From positions 374 through 64,373 of the forward strand of contig DASTLY010000092.1 of the NCBI GenBank assembly GCA_035714445.1: 64,000 bases of DNA, in the 5' to 3' direction. The notes beneath the pieces are model-generated. The model saw nothing but the letters and a program-made list of their open reading frames with translations. It made no database searches and was not told the DNA's origin. Source of the stretch: Mycobacteriales bacterium (lineage in GTDB: Bacteria; Actinomycetota; Actinomycetes; Mycobacteriales; SCTD01). Positions 30,404 to 39,375 of the stretch are shown here, one piece after another. Positions within the stretch are counted from its first letter, which is position 1. Each line of letters opens with the position of its first letter. A program made the position numbers and the translations under genes.

Positions 30404-30781
30404 ATGACTACTCGTGGTCTCGCTGTCTGCACCGGCCATCGCTGCGCGGCACTGCTAGCTGCCGACGGGGACGGCTGGTGCGATCTGCGGGCGGCCGTCC
30501 AGGGAAGCCGGGCTGGGGTGTTGGTCTCCACCGGGTGCACGGGTTCCTGCGCCCGTGGGCCGGTCGTCGCGCTGTCCCAGCACCTCCAGGTGCACCGGGA
30601 CGGCCCGGGGCCCGGCGTGCAGGTGCAGTTCGGCGCGGTCATCTGGCTCGGTCCGGTCGGGGGTCAGCAGCTGTCGGCCTTGTGCCAGTGGCTGGGACAG
30701 GACCAGGGCAGCGCCGTGCTGCCCCGCTCGCTGCGTCCGGCGGTGTTCGTGCCGCAGCCGACGGGAGCTAGTTCCGTGTGA
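30404..30781 (+). CDS. Thioredoxin-like (2Fe-2S) ferredoxin-domain protein
   Basis: VCTGHRC...TGCTGSCARGPVV (Cx4C...Cx3C) and WLGPV. Leaderless start 6 nt after TAGGCT. Confidence 0.7.
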   Translation: MTTRGLAVCTGHRCAALLAADGDGWCDLRAAVQGSRAGVLVSTGCTGSCARGPVVALSQHLQVHRDGPGPGVQVQFGAVIWLGPVGGQQLSALCQWLGQDQGSAVLPRSLRPAVFVPQPTGASSV

Positions 30782-31053
30782 GCTTTCGCGGGGAGCAGCA
30801 AGCGCGCGACGTTGTTCCTGCCCGGCGCGCCACTGCCGTGCCCGGACCCCGTGGCAGTTCGACCGGGTCGCTGACCTGCCATGAGAGCGTCGGGTCCGGC
30901 CCCCGAGGCGAGGGCAAGGGCTTGCCGTACAAGTCCCCTTAGGCTGACCCCGAGCCGTCCTCGCTGCGCGGCCGGCCACCCCGTGCCACGCCTGCCGTCA
31001 GGACCACACAACCAGGACCGCCAGGCAGGACCGATGAGACAGGCAGGAGTCCG

Positions 31054-31335
31054 ATGATCTTCTCCGGGGTGCTGGGACGCGCGGGCGGGCTGGTCGTGAG
31101 TGGGCTGGTGGGCGCCGCCGCGTACGACGGCGTGAAGCGCGTGGCCCGGCAGGTGCCGGCCCGCGAGGTCGCGATCACCACGGCCGCCTGGGCGCTGCGC
31201 GCCGTGCGGCAGGCCGAGCGCGGTGCCGAGGCCGCGCGGCTGTCCACCGCCGACGTGTTCGCGGAGGCCCGCGGGCGGCTCGGGGAGCAGTCGCCGGTGC
31301 CGGGCACCGCGCCGGCGCACGACCACGACCACTGA
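31054..31335 (+). CDS. DUF1490 family PacL-like P-ATPase chaperone (Rv3269-like)
   Basis: VVSGLVGAAAYD TM segment, AEAARLSTADVFAEARGRLGE, and C-terminal HDHDH. It lies directly upstream of a CtpC-like ATPase. Confidence 0.9.
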   Translation: MIFSGVLGRAGGLVVSGLVGAAAYDGVKRVARQVPAREVAITTAAWALRAVRQAERGAEAARLSTADVFAEARGRLGEQSPVPGTAPAHDHDH

Positions 31336-31342
31336 GCGGGCC

Positions 31343-33568
31343 GTGAGCGCGCCGGTTGCCCTGCCCCTGGCCGAGCCGCCGGCGACGGAGCCAGACCGCG
31401 GTGTGCGGGTGCTGTCGGACGCCGCCGGCCGGCTGCGCGCCCGGGTGCTGGAGCTGGTCGACTCGCCCGACCGGGCGGTCGCGGTCGAGGACGCGGTCGA
31501 GCAGGTCGTCGGGGTGCGCGCGGTGCACGCCTACCCGCGCACCGGCTCGGTCGTCGTCTGGTACTCCCCCGGTCGTACCGACCTGGCGCACGTGCTGCGC
31601 GCCGTGGGCAACGCCCTCGACGTTCCGGCCGGGCTCGCTCCTGCGCGGCAGCCGCGCTCGGCCGACGTCGACAACAGCGACCTGGTGCGGATGGTCGTCG
31701 GCGGCGCCGCCCTGGTGCTGCTGGGCACCCGCCGCTACGTGCTGCGCCGACCGCCGGTGCTCGGGCCGTCCAGCCGGCTGTTCGCGACCGGCGTCACGGT
31801 GTTCACCGGCTACCCGTTCCTGCGCGGCGCGCTGCGCTCGCTCGGCGGCGGCCGTGGTGCCGGCACCGACGCCCTGGTGTCGGCGGCGACGGTCGCGAGC
31901 CTGGTGCTGCGCGAGAACGTCGTCGCGCTGACCGTGCTGTGGCTGCTCAACATCGGCGAGTGGCTGCAGGACCTCACGCTGCGCCGCACCCGACGGGCGA
32001 TCTCGGACCTGCTGACGGGCGTGCAGGACACCGTGTGGGTGCGCCTCGCGGACGGCACCGAGGTCAGCGTGGACGTCGAGACCCTGCAGGTCGGCGACCT
32101 CGTCGTCGTCCACCAGCACGTCGCGCTGCCCGTCGACGGCGTCGTCGTCGAAGGCGAGGGCGTGCTGGACCAGGCCGCCATCACCGGCGAGGCGGTGCCG
32201 GTGGCCGCCGGGCCGGGTACGCGGGTGCACGCGGGCACGGTGCTCGTCACCGGGCGGCTGGTCCTGCGCGCCACAGCCGTCGGCCACGACACCGCCATCG
32301 GCCGCATCATCGACCGGGTCGAGCGGGCGCAGGCCGACCGGGCGCCGATCCAGACGGTCGGGGAGACCTTCTCGCGGCGGTTCGTGCCCGCCTCCTTCGC
32401 GCTGTCGGCCGTCACCCTGCTGGTCACCCGCGACGTGCGCCGGGCGATGACGATGCTGCTGGTGGCCTGCCCGTGCGCGGTGGGCCTGTCCACGCCGACC
32501 GCGATCAGCGGCGCGATCGGCAACGGCGCCCGGCGCGGGATCCTCATCAAGGGCGGCTCGCACCTCGAGCTCGCCGGCCGCGTCGACGCCGTCGTGTTCG
32601 ACAAGACCGGCACGCTCACGGTCGGCCGGCCGGTGGTGACCAACGTCCTGAGCTTCTCCGAGCAGTGGGAGCCCGAGCAGGTCCTCGCGTACGCCGCAAG
32701 CAGCGAGATCCACTCCCGGCACCCGCTCGCCCAGGCCGTGATCCGCTCCACCGAGGAGCGCCACATCGTCATCCCGCCGCACGAGGAGTGCGAAGCCGTG
32801 CTCGGGCAGGGGATGCGCACGCAGGCCGACGGCCGCACCCTGCTGCTGGGCAGTGCCGCGCTGCTGCGCGCCGAGGGCGTCACCGTCGTTCGCAAGGCCA
32901 GCAGCTGGGTCAAGCGGCTGCAGCGCGCCGCGGAGACGCCGCTGCTGCTCGCCGTCGACGGCACTCTCGTCGGCCTGGTCAGCCTGCGCGACACCGTGCG
33001 CCCCGAGGCGCCGGCCGTCCTGCAGGGGCTGCGCGACCGGGGCGTACGACGGATCGTGATGCTGACCGGCGACCACCCCGACACGGCGGCGGCCGTCGCC
33101 GCCGAGCTGGCCGTGACCGAGTGGCACGCCCAGGTGCTGCCCGAGGACAAGCAGGACCTGGTCCGCGACCTGCAGGCCGCCGGCCACGTCGTGGCGATGG
33201 TCGGCGACGGCACCAACGACGCGCCCGCGCTCGCGCTGGCCGACATCGGCGTCGCGATGGGCATCGCCGGCACCGACGTCGCCGTCGAGACCGCCGACGC
33301 AGCGCTCGCCGGCGACGACCTGATGAAGCTGCTGGACCTGCTCGACCTCGGCGGCCACACGATCGACGTGATCCGGCAGAACTACGGGATGTCGATCGCG
33401 GTCAACGGCCTGGGCCTCTTGGCCAGCGCTGCCGGCGCGCTGTCCCCGGTGCTCGCGGCCGTCCTGCACAACGCCTCGTCCATCGCGGTGGTCGCCAACA
33501 GCTCCCGGCTCATCCGGCACCGACTGCCCACGACGGCGGCCCAGCTGCCGGCCCGCCCGGAGGTGTGA
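31343..33568 (+). CDS. ctpC: Heavy-metal P1B-type ATPase, CtpC-like
   Basis: VHAYPRTGSVVVWY, TGE, ACPCAVGLSTP, DKTGTLT, SEIHSRHP, MVGDGTNDAPALA and HNASS motifs. Confidence 0.92.
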   Translation: MSAPVALPLAEPPATEPDRGVRVLSDAAGRLRARVLELVDSPDRAVAVEDAVEQVVGVRAVHAYPRTGSVVVWYSPGRTDLAHVLRAVGNALDVPAGLAPARQPRSADVDNSDLVRMVVGGAALVLLGTRRYVLRRPPVLGPSSRLFATGVTVFTGYPFLRGALRSLGGGRGAGTDALVSAATVASLVLRENVVALTVLWLLNIGEWLQDLTLRRTRRAISDLLTGVQDTVWVRLADGTEVSVDVETLQVGDLVVVHQHVALPVDGVVVEGEGVLDQAAITGEAVPVAAGPGTRVHAGTVLVTGRLVLRATAVGHDTAIGRIIDRVERAQADRAPIQTVGETFSRRFVPASFALSAVTLLVTRDVRRAMTMLLVACPCAVGLSTPTAISGAIGNGARRGILIKGGSHLELAGRVDAVVFDKTGTLTVGRPVVTNVLSFSEQWEPEQVLAYAASSEIHSRHPLAQAVIRSTEERHIVIPPHEECEAVLGQGMRTQADGRTLLLGSAALLRAEGVTVVRKASSWVKRLQRAAETPLLLAVDGTLVGLVSLRDTVRPEAPAVLQGLRDRGVRRIVMLTGDHPDTAAAVAAELAVTEWHAQVLPEDKQDLVRDLQAAGHVVAMVGDGTNDAPALALADIGVAMGIAGTDVAVETADAALAGDDLMKLLDLLDLGGHTIDVIRQNYGMSIAVNGLGLLASAAGALSPVLAAVLHNASSIAVVANSSRLIRHRLPTTAAQLPARPEV

Positions 33569-33647
33569 GCCGGCGCGACCCCGCGCCACCCGATCGCGTA
33601 ACAGCGTCGCCGGCTCGAGGGCGACGGCACTTCCCCTCCCGAGCTCT

Positions 33648-33668
33648 AACTGGTACTGATTGTCATCT
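33648..33668. promoter_or_regulatory. Second, weaker Zur-like operator
   Basis: Reverse complement AGATGACAATCAGTACCAGTT shares the ATGACAA half-site with the 30367 box. It is an AT-rich patch just upstream of the beta-propeller gene. Confidence 0.5.
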
Positions 33669-33692
33669 CCGATGAGACGGGAAGTGGCAGTC

Positions 33693-35093
33693 ATGGCAGG
33701 TCTTGACCACGTAGGCCGCCGGCTACGAGGTGGGCCCGGGCGGTCGCCCACGGCCCGCGGCGGTCTGCTGGCGGTGGGTGTCGTAGCAGCAGCCCTGACA
33801 GCCGGGGCGATGCCGGCGGCGGCCGCGACCACGCAGGCCGGGTCGTCGGCGGCGGTGTCCAGCGGGCGCCACCTGCTGGTGGCCGACCCGGCCGCGCAGC
33901 GCCTGTACACCTACCGGCTGTCCGACATGGCTCGCACCGGTGAGCTCAGCGGGATCGAGCTGGCGGCGCACGCCGGGACGGTGGTGCTGCCGGACGGCCG
34001 GGTGCTGCTGGTCGACGACGCGCATGCCCAGGTCGTGGTCCTGACCGTCGATCGCCAGGGCAGGCCGGTGGTGCACAAGCGCATCGACATCCCTGGCGCG
34101 CGGGCGTGGGAGGGCGCGCTGTGGGCGGCGGTCGACCCGGGGGCGAACTACTTCGCGGTGACCTCGGGCTATGACGGTTCGGCTGAGCAGACCGTGACGG
34201 TCGTCGACCTGTTCGACTACTCGGTCGGGCAGCTCCCGGTCCACCTGGACGCCAACGCCACCGGCGGCTTCGACGAGCTGCACGTCTGGCTGGCCGGACA
34301 GCCGCTGCAGGTCGCTGTCAGCACCGGGGGACGGATCCGCAGCTACCCGCTCGACGCGGTGATGGCCGGCCGCCCCGCGGTGCAGACCGGCGCGGCGGCG
34401 GTCGGGCCGAGCACCCACGGACCGGTGCTGTCCCGCGACGGCGACCGGCTGCTCGTCACCACCAGCGAGGGCGTGGACCGGGTGCGCATCGTCGGCGGGC
34501 GGTTGGTGCAGCCCCGCAGCATCGGCTATCCAGGGCCGGCGCCGCTGGTGCAGAACTACCGGCCACGGCTGTCCCAGGACGGCCGCACGCTGTACGGCCC
34601 GATCGCCGAGGACCGGGCCCTGGCGCCGGAGCAGTGGGCCCAGACGATCAACAAGCTCCACACCGTCGACCTCGGCGCCGAGACCGCACAGGTCCGCCCG
34701 CTGGCCCGCGGGATCGTCGGGCGCTCCGCGCAGTCCACCCCGTACGCGCTGTTCCCGGTGATCGGCGGCCAGCAGGACACCGCGCTGTTCGTCAACGTCG
34801 ACGCCGGCTCACCCGGCTTCGGCTCGACCGTCCAGCGCATCCCGCTCGCACCGCTGTCCAGCGGGCCCAAGCCCGGCGTCAGCAGCGCGGGCACGGAACG
34901 ACGCAGTGCGGCGATCACCACCGCGGGAGACCGCGGCTTCGTCAGCCACGGCGGCGACGGCCTGATCTCCGTCGTCGACCCCTCCCGCGCCTCGGTGCGC
35001 GAGACCGTGACGGTGCCGACCACCCTTGCCGGCGGCGGGTACCTCGTGGTCGTCGAGCGGGGTCGCAACCTCGTCGACGTCATGGCCCGCTGA
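33693..35093 (+). CDS. Secreted beta-propeller protein (YncE/AztD-like), start uncertain
   Basis: Arg-rich n-region, hydrophobic h-region and AAA cleavage-like site. Repeated blade-like motifs (LLVAD, PDGRVLLVD, TVTVVDL, SRDGDRLLVT, SQDGRTLY, GLISVVDP) and scattered His. Confidence 0.75.
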   Translation: MAGLDHVGRRLRGGPGRSPTARGGLLAVGVVAAALTAGAMPAAAATTQAGSSAAVSSGRHLLVADPAAQRLYTYRLSDMARTGELSGIELAAHAGTVVLPDGRVLLVDDAHAQVVVLTVDRQGRPVVHKRIDIPGARAWEGALWAAVDPGANYFAVTSGYDGSAEQTVTVVDLFDYSVGQLPVHLDANATGGFDELHVWLAGQPLQVAVSTGGRIRSYPLDAVMAGRPAVQTGAAAVGPSTHGPVLSRDGDRLLVTTSEGVDRVRIVGGRLVQPRSIGYPGPAPLVQNYRPRLSQDGRTLYGPIAEDRALAPEQWAQTINKLHTVDLGAETAQVRPLARGIVGRSAQSTPYALFPVIGGQQDTALFVNVDAGSPGFGSTVQRIPLAPLSSGPKPGVSSAGTERRSAAITTAGDRGFVSHGGDGLISVVDPSRASVRETVTVPTTLAGGGYLVVVERGRNLVDVMAR

Positions 35094-35094
35094 G

Positions 35095-36345
35095 CTACAG
35101 CAGGAAGCGGAACGCCGGGCTGTCCGGCTCCACCCGCTCGATATGCGGCGGGGCGGCCGCCATCCGGGCGAGCAGGCCGGGCAGGTCCTCGGCCCGGCCG
35201 AGCTCGATGCCGACCAGCGCCGGCCCGGTCTCGCGGTTGTTGCGCTTGACGTACTCGAACAGCGTGATGTCGTCGTCCGGGCCGAGCACCTCGTTGAGGA
35301 ACCGGCGCAGCGCTCCCGGCTCCTGCGGGAAGTCGACGAGGAAGTAGTGCTTGCGCCCCTCGTGGACCAGGGCCCGCTCCACCACCTCGCCGTAGCGGCT
35401 GACGTCGTTGTTGCCGCCGGACAGCACGGCGACGACGAGCTCGCCCGGCTCGACCCGCAGAGCGTCGCCGAGGGCGGCCGCGGCCAGCGCCCCGGCGGGC
35501 TCGGCGATGATCCCGTCGGCCTGGTAGAGCGCCAGCATCTCCGTGCAGACCCGCCCCTCGCTCACCGTGACCAGCTCCGCGTCGCGGCACAGCGGGTAGG
35601 TGACCTCGCCGGCCTGCCGTACGGCCGCGCCGTCGACGAAGTTGTCCAGCACCGGCAGCGGCACCGGCCCGCCGGCCGCCACGGCCGCGGCCATGCAGGC
35701 CGCACCGGCCGGCTCGACACCTACCACCCGTACCTCGGGGTGACGCTCGAGCAGCCAGGAGGCAACGCCTGCCAGCAGCCCCCCGCCGCCGACCGGTACG
35801 ACCAGGACGTCGGGCGCCCGGCCGAGCTGGGCGACGACCTCGTGCACGACGCTGCCCTGGCCGGCGGCGGTGCGCGGGTCGTCGAACGCGGGCACGAGCA
35901 CCGCACCGGTGCGGGCGACGTCCTCGAGCGCCGCTGCTGCCGCCTCGTCGTAGGTGTCGCCGCCGACGATCACCTGGACGAGGTCGCCGCCGAGCGCCGC
36001 GATCCGCTCACGCTTCTGCCGCGGCGTCGTACGCGGGAGGTAGACCCGGCCGACGACGTCGAGAGCGGAGCAGGCGTACGCCAGACCCTGCGCGTGGTTG
36101 CCGGCGCTGGCGCACACCACACCCCCGACCCGCTCGGCCGCCGACAGCTGGGCCATGAGGTTGTACGCGCCCCGCAGCTTGTACGAGCGAACCGGCTGCA
36201 GGTCCTCACGCTTGAGGTACACCTGCGCCTGCACCCGGTCCGACAGCCGGATGTTCGGCTCGAGGGGGGTGACGGTGGCGACGCCCGCCAGCCGAGCTGC
36301 GGCGGCCTCGACCGCCGCGGCATCGACGGTCTGCAAGGAGGTCAA
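35095..36345 (-). CDS. ilvA: Threonine ammonia-lyase IlvA (short form)
   Basis: KREDLQPVRSYKLRGA, ASAGNHAQG, VPVGGGGL, SGGNND and FPQEPGAL motifs. Confidence 0.96.
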   Translation of the reverse strand: MTSLQTVDAAAVEAAAARLAGVATVTPLEPNIRLSDRVQAQVYLKREDLQPVRSYKLRGAYNLMAQLSAAERVGGVVCASAGNHAQGLAYACSALDVVGRVYLPRTTPRQKRERIAALGGDLVQVIVGGDTYDEAAAAALEDVARTGAVLVPAFDDPRTAAGQGSVVHEVVAQLGRAPDVLVVPVGGGGLLAGVASWLLERHPEVRVVGVEPAGAACMAAAVAAGGPVPLPVLDNFVDGAAVRQAGEVTYPLCRDAELVTVSEGRVCTEMLALYQADGIIAEPAGALAAAALGDALRVEPGELVVAVLSGGNNDVSRYGEVVERALVHEGRKHYFLVDFPQEPGALRRFLNEVLGPDDDITLFEYVKRNNRETGPALVGIELGRAEDLPGLLARMAAAPPHIERVEPDSPAFRFLL

Positions 36346-36407
36346 GAGGCCAGCCTACGGCGGTCCCGGTGCGAAGGGGCGACCGGGACGCTCGTGCTCC
36401 GATAAGG

Positions 36408-36887
36408 CTAGGCAGCGCCGTTCGAGCCGGTCCCGACCGGCAGCCGGTCGGTTGCGGCGATCACCCGCGTCAGGGCCTGGTGCAGTCCGACCAGGTCCTC
36501 CACCGGCATGCCGAGGCGCTCGACGACCGCCGGCGGGATCTTCTCCGCCTCGGCCCGCAGCGCCCGTCCGGCGTCGGTGAGCTCGACGACGAGCATGCGC
36601 TCGTCCGCGGTGCTCCGCGTCCGGCTGAGGTAGCCCAGCGCCTCCAGGCGCTTGAGCAGGGGCGACAGGGTCGCCGGGTCCAGGCGCAGGGCGGCGCTGA
36701 TGTCCTTGACCGAGCGGGGCGCCCGCTCCCACAGCGACAGCATGACGAGGTACTGGGGGTGGGTGAGCTGCAGCGGTTCGAGCAGCGGTCGGTACAGGCC
36801 GATCACCGCACGTGAGGCCACGGCCAGCGCGAAGCAGACCTGTCGATCGAGCGCCAGCGGGTCGACGCCTAGCTCCTCGGGGGTCAC
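36408..36887 (-). CDS. MarR family regulator (OhrR-like)
   Basis: LDRQVCFAL, LTHPQYLVMLSLWE, TLSPLLKRLE and DERML motifs. Confidence 0.92.
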   Translation of the reverse strand: MTPEELGVDPLALDRQVCFALAVASRAVIGLYRPLLEPLQLTHPQYLVMLSLWERAPRSVKDISAALRLDPATLSPLLKRLEALGYLSRTRSTADERMLVVELTDAGRALRAEAEKIPPAVVERLGMPVEDLVGLHQALTRVIAATDRLPVGTGSNGAA

Positions 36888-36990
36888 GTCGCTACTCTAG
36901 CGAGTGCACATACGGTTGGGGTAGGGTCATTTCGCGTACGAACGATCCAGCCGCCGCTCCCATGGCGACTCACCAACCGCGCCCCCGGGC

Positions 36991-37245
36991 GTGACCCTCG
37001 TGCAGGAGACGATCACCGTGAAGCGAGAGCGCAGGACGCGCGACGGGCGCCGGCTCGGCCTCATGGAGCGCATCATGTTCTCGTTCATGGGGCCGCCGCA
37101 GGTGGGTGACGTCAACTCCCCGCGCACGGTCGAGCCCGACCCGCAGGCTGCGCTCTGCCACAAGTGCGGCCGCGCCTGGGAGCAGCACGAGATCGTCCGC
37201 ACCGCCTCGATGACGTACGCGCGCTGTCCTGACGCACAGGACTGA
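36991..37245 (+). CDS. Small hypothetical protein with CxxC...H...C motif, divergent from MarR
   Basis: FMGPPQVG, CHKCG..WEQH and RCP, with GC3-rich codon usage. Confidence 0.7.
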   Translation: MTLVQETITVKRERRTRDGRRLGLMERIMFSFMGPPQVGDVNSPRTVEPDPQAALCHKCGRAWEQHEIVRTASMTYARCPDAQD

Positions 37246-37306
37246 CTCGACAGGCCGCAGCCGTACTGGGAGAGTCCGTCACCCCAGCGCGCGAAGCGGA
37301 GCCCCT

Positions 37307-37702
37307 GTGACCAAGCCTGTCGAGCTGACCGCGATCGACACGAACACCGCCGAGTGGGAGCTGTTCCCGGTCGAGTTCATCCAGGCCAACCTCGAGCACG
37401 TCCCGCTGGTCAACGACCCGGAGACCGGCATGATGGTCCTCAAGATGGTGTATCGGGCCGGCTTCACGAACCCCTGGCACAGCCACCCGTGCGCACACGG
37501 TGTCTACGTCCTCGAGGGGGCGCTCCGCACGCATCAGGGGGAGTACCCGGCCGGCAGCTTCGTCTGGTTCCCCGAAGGCGGGATCATGGAGCACGGCGCG
37601 ACGCAGGACGAGGACTGCACGTTCCTGTTCATCACCAACAAGGCGTTCGGGATCCACTTCGTCGGTGACGACAACGACCCGGCGGCCCCCACGGCCGTGT
37701 GA
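37307..37702 (+). CDS. Cupin domain protein (ChrR-like)
   Basis: [16 protein letters not shown] and [15 protein letters not shown] cupin motifs. Confidence 0.85.
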   Translation: MTKPVELTAIDTNTAEWELFPVEFIQANLEHVPLVNDPETGMMVLKMVYRAGFTNPWHSHPCAHGVYVLEGALRTHQGEYPAGSFVWFPEGGIMEHGATQDEDCTFLFITNKAFGIHFVGDDNDPAAPTAV

Positions 37703-37750
37703 TCATCGCGCCGTCCGGCCGCGGGTGGGGCCGTCGGTAGGGTGCCCGGC

Positions 37751-38695
37751 ATGACGCGCGTGGTCGTGACCGGCGGCGCCGGCTTCCTGGGCTCGCACCT
37801 GTGCGAGCGCCTGCTCGCCGACGGGTGCGAGGTCCTCGCCCTGGACAACTTCCTCACCGGCAGCCCCGACAACGTCGAGCACCTGCTCGGCTCCGACGGG
37901 TTCCGGCTGCAGAAGCGCGACATCACCGACCACGTGCACGTGCCCGGGCCGGTCGACCAGGTGCTGCACTTCGCCTCCCCCGCGTCGCCCATCGACTACC
38001 TCCAGCTGCCGATCGAGACGCTCAAGGTCGGCAGCACGGGCACGCTGCACGCGCTGGGGCTGGCCAAGGAGAAGGGCGCCCGCTTCCTGCTCGCGTCCAC
38101 CTCCGAGACGTACGGCGACCCGCAGGTGCACCCGCAGCCGGAGACCTACTGGGGGCACGTGAACCCGGTGGGGCCGCGGGGCGTCTACGACGAGGCCAAG
38201 CGCTACGCGGAGGCGCTGACGATGGCCTACCGGCGCGCGCACGCCGTCGATACCGCGATCGTGCGGATCTTCAACACGCACGGCAGCCGGATGCGGCCGC
38301 ACGACGGCCGGGCGATCCCGGCGTTCGCCTCCCAGGCGCTCACCGGCCGACCCATCACGGTCGCCGGCGACGGCTCCCAGACCCGGTCGATCATGTACGT
38401 CGACGACCTCGTCGAGGGCGTCCTGCGGCTGCTGCGCAGCGACCTGCCCGGCCCGGTCAACATCGGCAACCCGCACGAGGTGTCGGTGCTGGAGATCGCC
38501 GAGACGGTCAGGCGGCTGACCGGCAGCCGCAGCGAGATCGTGTTCGTGCCCCGACCGGAGGACGACCCGACCGTCCGGCAGCCCGACATCGCGCTTGCGC
38601 GGCGCGAGCTGGGCTGGGAGCCGCAGGTCGGCTTCGAGGACGGGCTGGGCCGGACCCTCGCCTGGTTCGCCCAGCACCGCGACCTGCTGCGCTGA
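37751..38695 (+). CDS. UDP-glucuronate decarboxylase family NAD-dependent epimerase/dehydratase
   Basis: [43 protein letters not shown] and [10 protein letters not shown] motifs. Confidence 0.93.
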   Translation: MTRVVVTGGAGFLGSHLCERLLADGCEVLALDNFLTGSPDNVEHLLGSDGFRLQKRDITDHVHVPGPVDQVLHFASPASPIDYLQLPIETLKVGSTGTLHALGLAKEKGARFLLASTSETYGDPQVHPQPETYWGHVNPVGPRGVYDEAKRYAEALTMAYRRAHAVDTAIVRIFNTHGSRMRPHDGRAIPAFASQALTGRPITVAGDGSQTRSIMYVDDLVEGVLRLLRSDLPGPVNIGNPHEVSVLEIAETVRRLTGSRSEIVFVPRPEDDPTVRQPDIALARRELGWEPQVGFEDGLGRTLAWFAQHRDLLR

Positions 38696-38696
38696 G

Positions 38697-39308
38697 GTGA
38701 AGACCGACCTGAAGCGGCAGATCCCGGCGTACACGGCCTCGCGCGGCAGGTTCACCGTCGTCGAGGTGCCGCCGCTGCGCTACCTCATGATCGACGGGCA
38801 GGGCGACCCGAACACGGCCGAGGCCTACCGGGACGCGGTCGCCTCGATCTTCCCCCTCGCCTACCGGCTCAAGTTCCTCGGCAAGGAGCTCGGGAGCGAC
38901 TACGTGGTGATGCCGCTGGAAGCGCTCTGGTGGTCCGAGGACATGGCCGCGTTCACCACCGACCGGGACCCGACGCGCTGGCAGTGGACGCTGCTGAACG
39001 CGGTCCCCGACTGGGTCACGCAGGAGCACCTCGACCGCGCGCGGGACGCGGCCGCCGGGCGGGCTCCGGCCCTCGAGCAGGTCCGCCTGGAACGCTACGA
39101 CGAGGGCCTGAGTGTCCAGACGCTCCACGTCGGCCCGTACGACGCCGAGGGCCCGGTGCTCGAGGCGATGCACTCCGAGTTCCTCCCGGCGCACGCGCTT
39201 CGGCGCACCGGCAGGCATCACGAGATCTACCTTAACGACGCCCGCCGCACCCCTGCCGACCGGCTGAGGACCATCCTGCGCCAGCCGGTGGCGGCCGCCG
39301 AGCCGTGA
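38697..39308 (+). CDS. GyrI-like small-molecule binding domain protein
   Basis: YLMIDGQGDPN, DYVVMPLEALWW, QTLHVGPYD, HHEIYL and LRTILRQP motifs. Confidence 0.9.
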   Translation: MKTDLKRQIPAYTASRGRFTVVEVPPLRYLMIDGQGDPNTAEAYRDAVASIFPLAYRLKFLGKELGSDYVVMPLEALWWSEDMAAFTTDRDPTRWQWTLLNAVPDWVTQEHLDRARDAAAGRAPALEQVRLERYDEGLSVQTLHVGPYDAEGPVLEAMHSEFLPAHALRRTGRHHEIYLNDARRTPADRLRTILRQPVAAAEP

Positions 39309-39375
39309 CCCGAGCGGTACCGGGCCGACGGCCGCGCCTGCCGGCGTACCAGCGCCCGACGGCTACCGTCGGACA

